The notes beneath the pieces were generated by a model. That model was not told the origin of the DNA, did not search any database, and was given only the letters and a program-made list of their open reading frames with translations. Shown here in pieces: positions 38,953-51,429 of a stretch of DNA of 64,000 nt (position 1 is its first letter; every line of letters begins with the position of its first letter). Origin of the DNA: Fistulifera solaris (Eukaryota). Made by a program: the position numbers and the translations under genes. Location: positions 744,001 to 808,000 of the forward strand of contig AP026126.1 in the NCBI GenBank assembly GCA_030295235.1, read 5' to 3'.

Positions 38953-39286
38953 ATTAGTCAGATAATGTTCTTGGGGACGTTGCAGTCACTTGGCTTCAGC
39001 GTGCTTTTGGCTTTCACTTGAAGCGTTTAACTCATAGACGAATAAAACGTAAGAGTGGTCCTTTTAATAGCTAATTGAGTCACTTGTTGATGCGTTTGTT
39101 TGAAGCATAACTATGATGTCATCACATTGATCGAAAGGATACAAAATAATAATGGACGAAGCGAGGTAGGCACACAGACAAAAATGAATTTGATTAGAAA
39201 TTAGTGTTATTAGTTCGGTGAAAAGATAGAGGAACTATCTTTTGAGAAATCCATTTCACTCGCAGCCGACGGCGAAGGCGATTCCA

Positions 39287-39622
39287 TCATGGAATCAAAG
39301 TTTGGGGGCTTTTCACTGGAGTCAATTGCTGCTGTTGTTCTAGTTTACCGTGCAGTTGACTAGCGTATTTTTGCCAGAACCGAGGCATGGGAGGTAGCGT
39401 CTTGAGATCCACAGCGTTCTGTTTTTGCAGAATCGCTCGTTGTCGCGCCAATGCGGATTGACTATCATTGACAGCGAAACCGAGCGGTTCAGGAGATGTC
39501 GGTAGAACTTCGCGACGGAGTCGTTCTAACCGTTCTATTTCCTGCTGTTCCAACCTTTCTAGTCTGAATGGTCGTAAAGTATGAGAATGCCAGCATCGTA
39601 GGTAAATGCAATGTATTTCCAT
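39287..39622 (-). CDS. Hypothetical protein (111 aa)
   Basis: ATG-initiated ORF with a helical segment (LERLEQQEIERLERL) and TACCWGGTA motifs upstream; no family recognised. Confidence 0.35.
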   Translation of the reverse strand: MEIHCIYLRCWHSHTLRPFRLERLEQQEIERLERLRREVLPTSPEPLGFAVNDSQSALARQRAILQKQNAVDLKTLPPMPRFWQKYASQLHGKLEQQQQLTPVKSPQTLIP

Positions 39623-40024
39623 CGTCGCAAAGAATGAATTCTTACCCTGATTCTGTTTCTTCTTTTGGACGGGGAAACCATTGTGGCTCTAGATGACTGT
39701 GCAGTAAGTTTTCAGGAAGTCGAAAGGATGACATGATGGGATCTTAAATGTTCTAGAGAGAATACCTGGTACTAATAAGCATGTGTTGAATGCAAAAGAA
39801 GAAAAAAGAACGCTGGTTTGCCTTTTATTACCAGGTAGTATCCCCTTGCAAAATTTTAGGGATTACGGATGTTCAAATACTAGTAGGTACCTGGTACATT
39901 ACTGCGGTACCGGTAGGAAGAAAACCGTAACGGTTCGCTGCAAAAACTTAGTTGATTAAGGTTATCCAACTTTTTAGGGTTCCTTTATGGTTTCCTGCCT
40001 ACACTTTGGACTGTCATAAAGAAC

Positions 40025-43000
40025 TTTTTTTTTTTCCACATATATATTTTATTCCTAATTTTTTAATCGTCAGAATCTAATCTTGACATTCGACTGAATT
40101 TTCCACTTTTCATTCACATATATTTCAGTCTGACACTTCAATGAGTAAGCTTTGGTTCTAACTCCCTAGCCTTAGTGCGCTAGTAGAGGGCCAGTCCCGA
40201 GCCCGTTTCCCAATGAGGGGGATTCCGTTTTGGCATTCCTTCTCTTGGATTTCGCGAGAAGCATACTAACTGACCTGACCAGGGAAAGACTCATGCGCGC
40301 CCGGATGAAGCCACAGATCTCGGAGTATGGCTTGTTCCACTTCCGCTGAAGTTTTCTTGCAAGCTGTCTCGATGCTGAAATAGCCTGTTGTCCCATCATT
40401 CCGTCAATGGAAAAGACCAGGGGAGTGAAGTCTCGCCGTGGCAAGGGGGTCCGTACATGCTACGCTTTTCACGCTCTTGAGAAGCCAGAACCTTAATCGG
40501 GTCACGGTTTCTGTATGACGGTGCGTCGGTATCAGTAACTCGGACATCGAAAATGGTCGTTCGTCTCTCATTCCAAAAGCCATAGGCCGAAACATCTCCC
40601 TCGAAGCTCTTGAACCTGTGTACTGTTGTTGCTGTTGCCAAATGTGTGAATGGTAGGCTCATCGCCGAACAGATTTGGGTCCAAAGGCTTGCGTGCAAAG
40701 AGACATGAATTCCGCTTTCAGATCGTCGTGTCTCTGGATAACAAGTCCACCATTTTTGCATTGTTGTGCATGTTCGACTGTAAACGGTTTATTGCATCCA
40801 TCACACTTCTTGGGGAGATCAAGAATTGGGAGTCCTGAGCGAATTCGTAGACTGTCACGGAATTCGTCTTTTGAGAGTTCGGTGTCCGTGAATGTCTGTG
40901 GACGCACCGAGAGCCAAATTCCTGTCGATTTTGCTCGAAGAAGTCTTCGCCTTTCATCTGGTCTTCCAATACAGATTTCGTCAAGCGTTTGAATTTCGTT
41001 TTGAAATCGGATTTTTGCGGCACTGTTTTTCTCTACTGTGGCATGTGAAAGATGCTCTCCAACGTTTAATTCTGTGTTGCTGTATAAACTGTTTGAGATG
41101 AGTTTCGTGATGTCTTGTGAGGTAGAGAAGTTGTGTTCGCATGTCTTTACCGGGTTCCAAATGCCAATCCCCGCTGCCTTTGTGCTGAGAGAGAGAATTT
41201 CCGCAAGTCACCCGTGATCGGCTGATCTTCGCCAAGTAGTGCCGGGAGGAATTTCTTCCGGATGCATTTCTCAAGGGGTGCAAAGAGATGAGATATTCCA
41301 GGAATGACTCGTTGGACGTATTGCCATTCCATTTGGAGTGACCGACAAAAATCCTGAATAGGGCGGCTTGGGGGTATCTTTTGGCGACTTCGGAAAGTGT
41401 CGTCAGAGTGCTTACCCATTCGTTGATTTTTGCCGTAACCCACTTGTTGCGTTCGACTGATGAGCCAATAAATCCTCCCAAGTATCGATGTCCGGCGTGT
41501 GTACTGAAACCCATATTTCTCGAGAATGAGCTTGCAGCTTTGTTCGTCGGATTTACGGCATACAACAATACTCTTTTCGGGTTCTGGGAAGTAACCGCGA
41601 TCTGGACCAAGTTGCATAAGAATTTGCATTGCCTTGTCAATACTGGACGCTTTACCTGCAAATGCTGCATCGTCGGGCGATGAAAGGTGATACAATGTCA
41701 TCGACTTCGGTGCGAATGGTTTGGGTAATTGGAGCAAGAGCTAGTCCATAAAGGATCATACTCAAGGGGTCTCCTTGAGCAACTCCTTCTCTGCTTTGGA
41801 TCGTCATGGCAAATTCATTTTGTTTCCGAATGAAGAGAGTTGAAGCATGGCGATAGCAATTGAATGCAAATCGAGATCCTTGTGGCCAAAGATGGCGGAC
41901 AGTCCAGAGAAGTGAAAGTCGGCTGATTTCATTAAATGCATTTCGTGCATCAACCAAAAGCATTAATTCGGGGGTCGGATACAAATTCTTCAATTAGATC
42001 GTCATCAAGGAAATCATCATAATCATAAATCTCTTCTGTATCTTCAACTTCCATTTGAACTTCTAGTGCTGTAGGGTATATATCGTGGCCTTCCAAGTGA
42101 GTGATTTGTTTTTCTGCTGTTGCTTGGCGCGCCTTGATGTATTTCTGGTGCATTGCATGAACCAGCGCCTTCCATTCCGGACGGTAACCCCACGCAAAGA
42201 TTAAGATTTCCACAAACAACGGTCGCGGTGTATCCTGTGACTTTAAGAACTGTTTTACCCATAAGTCTTCGGAAGATTTCGCCAACCGCAACAGGCCGAA
42301 TTCCTGGCTTTTTGTCTAGAGCAATCAATCTAGCATTCATCAGAGCCCCGAATAGCTGCATATGGTGGATTACCATTAGAAATCCATTCCGTCCATTCTG
42401 CCATTTCTTTTCTGAGAGCGTAGGATGCTTTGCCATGAGCAAGAAGCCAATTCTTGAATGTGACAGAATCAATCCCGCTTGGTCCTCCACTTCCGTGTAG
42501 CTTGGTAGCCGTTGTTTCAATGGCATCTGATGAGATTCGGGCGGTATCACTGGTGGGAGGTTGTCATGGTGTTCAAAAGCACTGTGCCCCCCGGGTCGAT
42601 CAAGGTCAGGGACTCGCATCTCAGGGTGTTTTTCTTCTAACACGTCTATGACTTTGCCGTCCTGTTTTTTCATCGATTTCATCAGGGTCAAGTACACCGC
42701 TTTTTTGATGGGTAGTTTTGAGCTGTTGCATTGCTTCTTTTGTTCTTCCTGACTTTAATGTGAGGTCGAATTGTCGTGCCAGCTCTTCCATAGATTCTTT
42801 GCACTTCCGGGAAGCGCGATGCTTCTTTGTGTACAAAGTGTCCGTAAACAGTGCTTCGAAATGTTCGTTTGCCCACATGTCCATTCGGTCATTGAGCCTG
42901 TTCGTGATGTTCTTATGTCCCTTGACTGTTGGGCATCGTTCCAGGATGACAATGCAGAAGACAATTACTCGTTCAAAGTTGGCTGTTTATGCACTCGGAC

Positions 43001-44100
43001 ATTCTTCATTTCTTCAACTAGGAGGTTTAGGAATCTTTTTGATGTCGCACATTTAGACAGCATGTAGCTACGGGATGGGTAAGATACCAATTTGTAGTAC
43101 CATTCTTGCCATTTTGCATCAATGTCCGCTGGTATTCCTCCCGTGAGATGGGTGCCGTCGTTGTTATGGGGATGGTCTCCGTAGACTTCTTTGATTTTTC
43201 TGTGTGCCTCTTCTTCAACGAAATCCGGAAGGTCCGCATCGGGTTCAGGGGTAAGGAAAGGTTCATAATTGTTGTGCGGTGTAAAGCTTTCTCCCCTTTC
43301 TGCCTCAGAGTCATCATCCGTGTCTTCGTTTAGTAGTCTACCATCATCAATCTCAATACGGGCATAGTTGTTTCAGCGTGGTTCGGTTTCTTGGTTTAGT
43401 GCTGGTTCCCCATTATTGAATGGAAGTGCAATAGTGTCCTGGGCCTGATTGATGTTTTGAGTATTGTCCCTTTGTCTGTTTTCGTCCGTGAGTCTAGTGC
43501 GATGGTGCCAAGGCACTTGAGCAGTTGTTGGTTGAACGACCTCGGCGACAATTTCTCGTCCGTTGATGTTGTGAACGGAGGTGTCGTTGGTTTCCGTTGG
43601 TGCCGTTGGGGCAACGAAGTCTACAACAAGATCTCGTCCGTTAACGTTGTGAGTTGTGGTTGTGGTATCCGTAGCAGTTTCTTTGTTATGACAGTCAGCG
43701 CAGATACAGTTGGTACAATGGACTCCATTACGTTTACATGCGCATTTTTTCCGTTGTAGACAGTGAGAGCGCCGACTGCAGTCACAGCATCGTGGTGCAG
43801 TACCGTTTGTCCCTAAGTGATTAGCGTTCTTAGTACTTTGAGATTCACTGTGACCAGTACGAATAGCCGGTACTGTCTCTTCTTCTGTACTCGGTTCGAG
43901 ACGTTCGACGTAGTGAATTTGATCTTCGCCAAACCTCACCGATCGCCGATTCCGAGGCTCTTCGGCGTTTGGACCATGATTATCCATGCTGAAAAGCAAA
44001 TGATCGGTTGATCTGATGAACTTTTGGAGTCGAAAATTGAATTCTGCGTAGTCGAATTGATCCAAACAGCTTTTGTGAAGTTAACAAAGGACTCAGGAAT
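40025..44100 (-). mobile_element. Non-LTR retrotransposon, CRE-like clade (RT + CCHC zinc knuckle + restriction-like endonuclease), multiply frameshifted
   Basis: RT motifs ARLIALDKKPGIRPVAVGE, VDARNAFNE, GVAQGDPLSM, GYFPEPEKS, RYLGGFIG; CDGC...EHAQQC...RHD; RLE GDVSAYGFW...FDVRVTD...EREK, FTPLVFSIDG; poly(A) (T11 at 40025..40035). 5' boundary uncertain; no TSD found. Confidence 0.9.
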
Positions 44101-44346
44101 AGTTACTTTAACCCTAACCGGAACAATCTTTAATTGATTTTTGGTTTTTGAAAAATAAATGCAATCCGTGTCCTATCGTTAAGTAAAATCCGTAAAATTC
44201 TGTATGGGCAATGGGGACCGATCGTCAAGGCAAAATTTCATAAGCGGACGAGGCCCTTGGACGAGGCGAGAAAAAAAGCCCCGGAATACAAAAAAGCAAA
44301 TTATTGCTTTGCTCATTCGGACGATCCATCAAACATTGAGTCTCAA

Positions 44347-46570
44347 ATGTCGACATTCTCTATCTTACGCTCTTCTTTGCGCTCGCAGCTCCACCGTAGT
44401 GGGATTAGAGCTGCAGCGGGGGTAAGCATACAGCAGCAGATCCTTTCGTCGCAGCGATTGATGGTGACCCATCATCGTTCCTTTTCATCACCACCGGCCG
44501 AGTCACATGAGTTTCAAACGGAAACTCGTCAATTGCTGGATATTGTGACTCATTCCTTGTATACGGATAAGGAAGTCTTTCTGAGAGAATTGGTATCAAA
44601 TGCGAGTGATTCGTTGGAAAAGTTGCGTCATATGCAAGCGACCGGCATGGCGATTGTCGATCCTGACGTGCCACTCGAAATTCGAATCGAGTTGGATGAA
44701 GTGACGAGTACTATCACCATTACAGAAACGGGCATTGGTCTCACTCGGGAGGAGATGATTTCTAACTTAGGAACCATTGCCCGATCGGGGTCGAAAAACT
44801 TTGTGCAGCAATTGCAGCAAGCAGCAACGACGGGAGTCGATCCATCAAAAGGAATCATTGGACGATTCGGTGTAGGATTTTACAGTGCATTTATGGTAGG
44901 ATCCAAAGTCGACGTTCGATCCAAGTCGGCGCTAGCGGAAAATGAAAGCTTGTCACCGAAAGTGTGGACATCAGAAGGGACTGGCACCTACGAAATTACG
45001 GATCTGGATGACGGAGTACGACAAAATCGAGGCTCTTCCATTGTCATTCATTTGAAAGAAGATTACTGGGACTTTATCAACGAAAGTCGCATCGAGAAGA
45101 TCCTTAAGCGATATTCAAACTTCGTGGGCTTTCCAATCTATTTAAATGGAAATCGTGTCAACACTTTGGACGCTATTTGGACCAAGGATCCGAAAGAAGT
45201 CGAGCATGATGCGTACGTTGATTTTTATAAGTACATTGCCAACGCGGTGGACGATCCGTTGGATGTATATGTAAGTCGCATTGCGTTGCTTTCGACAAAT
45301 CATTGTGCTTTTCGATGCTGACCGCACTTTGTAGCATTTCCGAGCCGATGCCCCAATTGATGTGAAAGCCCTTTTCTTCATTCCATCGTTCCATTCAGAG
45401 AAATATGGCATGGGTCGAATGGAACCGGGTGTTTCTCTTTACAGTCGAAAAATCTTGATCGAGTCGAAAAGTCCAGATATATTGCCCGAATGGTTGCGAT
45501 TTGTCAAGGGAGTTGTCGACTCGGAGGATTTACCTTTGGCTATTTCTAGAGAAAAAGCTCAGGACTCAAACCTTATTGCCAAACTGAAACGAGTCTTGAC
45601 TCGAAAGTTCATAGCCCATCTCTCTAAAATGGTCAAAGATGACAAGGATAAGTTCATTGACGAATTCTACCGCGAGTATTCCTTCTTTCTCAAAGAAGGC
45701 ATCTGTCAAGATTACGAGTTTCAACAACCATTGGCAAAGTTGATGTATTTTGAAACGTCTAGAAATACAGGCAAGGATCTCATCTCACTTGATGAATACA
45801 TAAGTCGCATGCAACCCGAACAAAAGGACATATATTACATCGTTTCTCCTACGCGCGAAGCTGCATTGAACAGTCCCTATCTCGAAGCCTTTGACAAGGC
45901 CGGTGTTGAAGTGCTGTTTTTGTTTACTGCCATCGATGACTTTGTGATGGCTAACCTGGATCAGTACGAAAGTCGAAAACTCGTTTCCGTCGAAAAAGGA
46001 GACATTGATCTGAGTGCCTTGAAGAAAGGGGACGACAACGAAGATGATGACGAATCGTCCAGTATCTATAAATCAGACCGCGAGCTGTCCCCCACAGAAC
46101 TGATTGAGTTTTGCCATTGGTTCAAGATGGAAGTCGGTGAAAGCAAAGTAGCATCATGCACCGCTACCAATCGACTATCAACGTCTCCAGCAATCGTCAC
46201 AGACAACGAGTCGGGTGCAATGCGACGCATGATGAGACTTGTGGACACGAGCGAAGGGAATAGGGATGGCATCCCGCTGCCCAAACAAAATGTCGAGATC
46301 AATCCAAAACACCCAGTTATCGTTGGCATTTATGACTTGAAAGATAAAGAACCCACATTGGCTCGAGTACTTGCCGAACAAGTATACGACAACTGCTTGG
46401 TGGCTGCCGGTCTTTTAGACGACAGTCGGTCGATGCTACCCCGCATCAATGATTTGTTAGTGTGTGTCGTCAATGGCGCCAAATCACAAGGCGGACACAA
46501 AGCTGATTCTTCTAGCAGTGAGAGCGATAGCGACAACGAAAGCAAATCCGCCGAAGGAAAGAAAGAGTGA
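44347..46570 (+). CDS. TRAP1: Mitochondrial HSP90 (TRAP1/HSP75); intron 45271..45334
   Basis: EFQTET, SLYTDKEVFLRELVSNASD, NLGTIARSGS, IGRFGVGFYSAFMV, GVVDSEDLPL, EINPKHP; Arg/Ser-rich presequence; no MEEVD. Confidence 0.95.
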
Positions 46571-47623
46571 TTCTAGAGAAAAGTAGAGTTTTAAGAGTAA
46601 TGTAATTAGGTCCTCATTTAGCTAGTGTTTACATACGCGTAAGATCGTTTCTAATCGCTTCCTGTCGAATCAGAGGCTTGTCTATCCACTGCAAACTCGT
46701 CTATAAGAACGATTCTTCTTCAAGCCCTCGGGTGCATTCATGAAAAGGAAAATGACGACGATGTAGCGCTTGTGCTAGACGAGAGGACCGATCTCGGAGA
46801 TTTAAAAAATGATCCAGATGATCCGGTCGAGTTTCGTGGGGCCGAAGGGACTGCAGGTAGCACCCACTCGTCGAATTCTAAATTCGAGCATAAAGCAGGT
46901 GGTTTTTGAGAATGATCCTTGCGATTCGTTGCAACAGTTAGAAATATTGAGGATTTTCTTCGAGCATCATCCGTGTGGTTATGTGCTGCTTCGTCCTTCG
47001 TCTTCATGTTTGTGTGTTTGAAAGAATCACATTGGGTGCATTAAGGCCTGTGTGAAGCAACGAGGTCGTTTCTATTGCATGAAGAAAGGTGTGCTAACGA
47101 GATGCAGATTATCAGGTACGGGCGTCTTTGCTCGCAAACAAAACTCAACGCATCATGGTCGCGCCGCGTCGTGGCATCACGGAAACAGGCGACATTTCCC
47201 TTCAAGACAGGATTTCAGTCACGAGACGAAACTGCCTTTTACTCACATTTGATTTTCCTCTCATCTGCAAGCGTAAAACTTGTCTTCTGAAGAAGTATTA
47301 TTTTGGTATTGACTTGTATTGTGTGATACTCTCTTGCATTTGCAAGCCGTTGCTCGGTCATCATTGTCGAGAAATGACATTATTCCTTAAACGGTATCGC
47401 CAATCGCCAATCGCCACGCTAAGGACGGCGTTAACCAGAGTTAGTCCTTAACCTTACAGGTGGTCTCAATTTTTGCATCTGCCCGGAATTCCCAAGAACA
47501 CACCGCATCGTCAGAATTTCGGTTCACTTCCTCTCCATTCCGTTTTCGTTCAATTTTATTATGAACAAGAAGTAGTCGGTCGTAAACCCAAATTCTTGTG
47601 CAAAAGGAGCATCATTATTGAAA

Positions 47624-48913
47624 ATGACGTTTTGGATGTCTACTGCAGCCATTGCAGCTAAGCTAGACAGGCTTCGAGCTGCTGAGACTCGACTGCTGGA
47701 GCTGGCCCATCGTTTCGGACGTAACCGAGCCAAGATCGAAGTTGTCGATACGTTCATTCCGAGAAATCTCATTCCGCTTGTCTCTCATGACCATGATATG
47801 GTGAAACTAGGAAATGATGATGATTCTTTCGTGATACACAGTGTAAAAGTTACGTCAGATCAGGACAAGACAGAAGAAGTCAATGCACCGCTGGTTTTGC
47901 TGCACGGCTATATGAATGGCGCCGCCTATTTTTATCGCAACTTGGTTGGTCTCAGTAGCGCCTTTGATACCGTACACTCAATCGATTTGTTGGGATGGGG
48001 ATTGTCTTCTCGTCCCAGATTTGAGCTGAAACGTATAGAGGGTGAAGCGAGTCACAAGTCGGATTCTTTCATGGTGCGACAAGCGGAACACTTCTTTGTG
48101 GAATCTCTGGAGGCGTGGCGACATTCCCAGGGGATACCCAAAATGGTGTTAGCCGGTCATTCCATGGGAGGTTACATCAGTGTTGCGTATGCCGAACGCT
48201 ACCCGGAGCGCGTGGAGAAGCTTGTTTTAATATCTCCAGCGGGAGTACCAGCCGAAGAGTCGCCCGAACGACAAAAGAGACTCGACGAAGCACGTAAGAG
48301 GTCTCTTTTCTTTCGTTTCGTTTTCGGTACATGGTCGACACTTTATTCATGGAACAGTACGATCGGGAGCTTGCTGCGGATGCTACCGGAAGAGAGGGCG
48401 TATGGGTCGGCCCTTGGATATGTGCAACGCAGGCTTCCTGCCATCTCCGATGAAGAGGAGCAGAAAGCTGTCACAGATTATTTGGTTTTGAACAGTCTTC
48501 TTCCAGGATCGGGGGAGTACTGCGTAGGTGCATTTTTGACCCAGTTTCTTCAGGGTCGCGAGCCTACGGAATTACGAATTCCTAGACTGAAAGTTCCATC
48601 CGTATCGTTTTTGTACGGAGCACAAGATTGGATGGACATTCATGGAGCTCTTCGAGTTGAGGCGCATTGCGGGGGCGAGAAAGACGTTGCTGTATACAGA
48701 GTCAGGAATGCGGGACACTTACTAATGCTTGAGAATTGGCAAGAATTCAATAATGGATTGATACACGCAACGGGAAAGAAAATCAACGGAATTGGTTCTC
48801 TGCCGGAACGTGTAACCCCTAACGATGTTCATTTCCGTGATGCTGCTCGAATTTTGTCTGCTTGGAAGGACGGTGTCTCAGAAATAAGCTCAGAGAGTCT
48901 TGAAGCGTCCTAG
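47624..48913 (+). CDS. ABHD4/ABHD5 (CGI-58)-like alpha/beta hydrolase
   Basis: LVLLHGY, DLLGWGLSSRP, FVESLEAWR, GHSMGGY, ISPAGV, SGE, YGAQDWM, AGHLLMLEN. Confidence 0.88.
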   Translation: MTFWMSTAAIAAKLDRLRAAETRLLELAHRFGRNRAKIEVVDTFIPRNLIPLVSHDHDMVKLGNDDDSFVIHSVKVTSDQDKTEEVNAPLVLLHGYMNGAAYFYRNLVGLSSAFDTVHSIDLLGWGLSSRPRFELKRIEGEASHKSDSFMVRQAEHFFVESLEAWRHSQGIPKMVLAGHSMGGYISVAYAERYPERVEKLVLISPAGVPAEESPERQKRLDEARKRSLFFRFVFGTWSTLYSWNSTIGSLLRMLPEERAYGSALGYVQRRLPAISDEEEQKAVTDYLVLNSLLPGSGEYCVGAFLTQFLQGREPTELRIPRLKVPSVSFLYGAQDWMDIHGALRVEAHCGGEKDVAVYRVRNAGHLLMLENWQEFNNGLIHATGKKINGIGSLPERVTPNDVHFRDAARILSAWKDGVSEISSESLEAS

Positions 48914-48970
48914 GGGAGTGCAGCTACTATATTAAATGCGGAAATTTTAAATTTTCTTTTCAATTCGAAA

Positions 48971-50867
48971 CTAAAGCAGCCCTTGTCTGGCAAGATCCTC
49001 GTAGGCAGTCCTCGACAATATGTTTCCGTGGGAATCCTCGAACTGCTCTTCTTGTGCTCCGTCGAATTGGCTCTGATTTAATTTAGCACCAAGATTTTCC
49101 CAAAGTCTCTTTGCATCATCTATGTTGGTGACACCGTGAAAATGCTTAGTATTTGGTATTCCCAGGCTTTTTCATTCCCGCAGCGTGTCGCTGCTCAGCA
49201 AAATGGAGCTCAAAGTTGCGTCGTCCTCGATAACTTTCTCCGCCGCAAATCTCACATGGATAGTAATGATTCAATCCATGTAATTTGAAGAGCCAGTAGG
49301 CGATCGGTTTGCCATCCCAGTCGAGAGGGACGTTCTTGGGATTGTAGATTGGAGCATCATCATCAGAGTCACCATCATCGTTAGCACTCGTTCCTGATTT
49401 TTTCGTCGCGTCGGTTGGAACCCCGTAGAGATCTTCCTGGATTTCTCGTTCACGCTCTGCCAACGTTTGCGTCATTTGTCGCTCACATCGTCGAATGGAT
49501 GCATCCAAAATGGGTCGCAACTGGTCAAGAAGAGCTTGAACGATGACTTCTTGCCGAGCAATGTCAATACGATGCATGGAAGAAGACGATGCATTTGACT
49601 TTTTCGCGAATAGCGAGGGTGGAAGCTCTTCTAGCTTCTTTTCTCGTAGCATGAATAATCGCTTGGCCCGGTCGAGTGTAGTACCGCCACACTTCAGACC
49701 TAGTCGTGACAGCTCCAGCTTTAACTTGTCACCGTCAACGGCTTCTGCTAGTTCCTCCGGAGTCGAAAACTGGGAGAGGTCCAAGCTAGATGACGTCGTT
49801 CCGCTGGTACTGTCTTCCGCTAATGCAGCTTCGATCGGTTTGCACGACCAGACCGCTGGTACACCTCCTTTCTCCCTCCAAATGTTGTGTAACTTTTTCA
49901 GCGCTTCCAACTCAATGTCTTTGGCGTCGATCAGAGGAGCCGTTCGGTTCAGAAAGGATTGAAGATAAGTCTGCAAAGACGTCAAAAAGCGAACATACTT
50001 TTTTCGATTGGATAACTTCGCATGTTCGTCCAGTGGAAAGGCCTGACTGCCAGTATTGTCCAACCCATTGGCAAGAATTTGCAAAAATCGATATATTGTC
50101 CTAATTTTGCCCCCGCTCCAGAAAAAAAGACCATCTTGTTGAGTCTGAATGTAAACCGCATGGAGATCCAAGTACTTTCCCAGTACTTCGTCGGGCGAAA
50201 ACAAGGATTCTTCATTTTGGAGGGCCACTAAACGCTGCTGAATTGTAGCGGAAAGATCGTATCCATCCGCGGCCGGATTTCCCCATCGCCGGCGTTTGTG
50301 AGGTCGTGAGTCGTCTTCCATAACGTTCGAAGGCTGATGCCGGGCATGATAGACTCGCAAAGCCTGCAAGCGTTCATCCAATAATTTGAGCCATAAGTTT
50401 GGATCTTTGGGTTGTGAATTCAAAATAGACCAGGCTTTCTGTAGCGCAGCACCTTCCAAAAGTCGATTTTCCGTCATATGCTGAGCCTGTTCCGCCATTT
50501 GTTGAACAGTCAGAGCTTGAACGGTTCGATGAACGGTGGTGGCCCATTGTCCTCCTCCTGTTGGGTCGCTTTGAGGAGGTAGAGAAGCAATCCCTTCTTC
50601 GGTTATATCCACAATAGTCGAGAGCGCGTCTTGTACACCTCCTGTGGTGATAAGTTCACTTCCCGGATCGAGGGCTTTGATCAGACCCAGCGGTACTTTG
50701 AGAAGAGATGAACCTAGGACCGTCCAAGCTTCCATTTCGGATTCGTTACATCTCGCTTTCTCTAAAATACGCGTTGCTTGGGCCATTGCCTGTCGCTGAA
50801 TTTCTTCCGGGTTGTCGATGACATTGGTGCTGTCTTCTGCGGCATTATCATCGATTGTCGTCGCCAT
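48971..50867 (-). CDS. SF3A3: Splicing factor 3A subunit 3 (Prp9), frameshift near 49170
   Basis: GKYLDLH, GLKCGGT..RAKRLF, IYNPKNVPLDWDGKPIAYWLFKLHGL, CEICG...FAEQRH; the shifted frame ends YEDLARQGLL*. Confidence 0.95.
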
Positions 50868-51429
50868 GTGGGCTCAGTACTTAAGTTGTTGATCAAGTAG
50901 TCTGTTAAAGGTTTGATTTGAAACGAAATAGTCCATGTCATCATGGTCGGGAAAGCATCGACCTATGAATCTCCCGTTCTGAAAACGTACCACGGAAGGA
51001 CGAGCTCTATCTCTAATAGCTTAGAATCAATTACGGATTAGGATCAGTCCGCTTGCGTCATGCGTCAGTGCATGTGTAAAAAGTAAAAACCGCCAATGTC
51101 TGTGCATCGCACCAACTTGAAGTCCTCTTCACCGTGCGTGCAGTATCCAACGACCCCCCGCGACATCCGTCATCAACGACCGCGCTCAAACATTTTGCAA
51201 CATTTGCATTCTCTTTTGTCGAATGAAAACAGATCGTTTGGGAACCAACCCTTTCCATTAGTTTCTACCACGTTTTCTCTTTTTGCAAAGGAGGACTGTA
51301 TTGCATTACCTTCGTCTATCAGTCGGCAATAGCTACTTTTTCGAGTGTTTTCCTTCTCCTCCGAAAGACGTGTCGAAGTTACTTTTACTAATGTTATCAT
51401 CATTAATCACCAAACGAATTAGAATCATC

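Noticed and set aside
44108..44119. TTAACCCTAACC as a true telomere or interstitial telomeric array
   Set aside because: Fewer than two full units; similar single hexamers occur elsewhere by chance or as telo-box-like promoter elements.
46620..47460. Short Ser-rich ORF 46738..47007 (-) and neighbouring ORFs
   Set aside because: Could be a small disordered protein, but there is no motif or clear gene structure to support a call.
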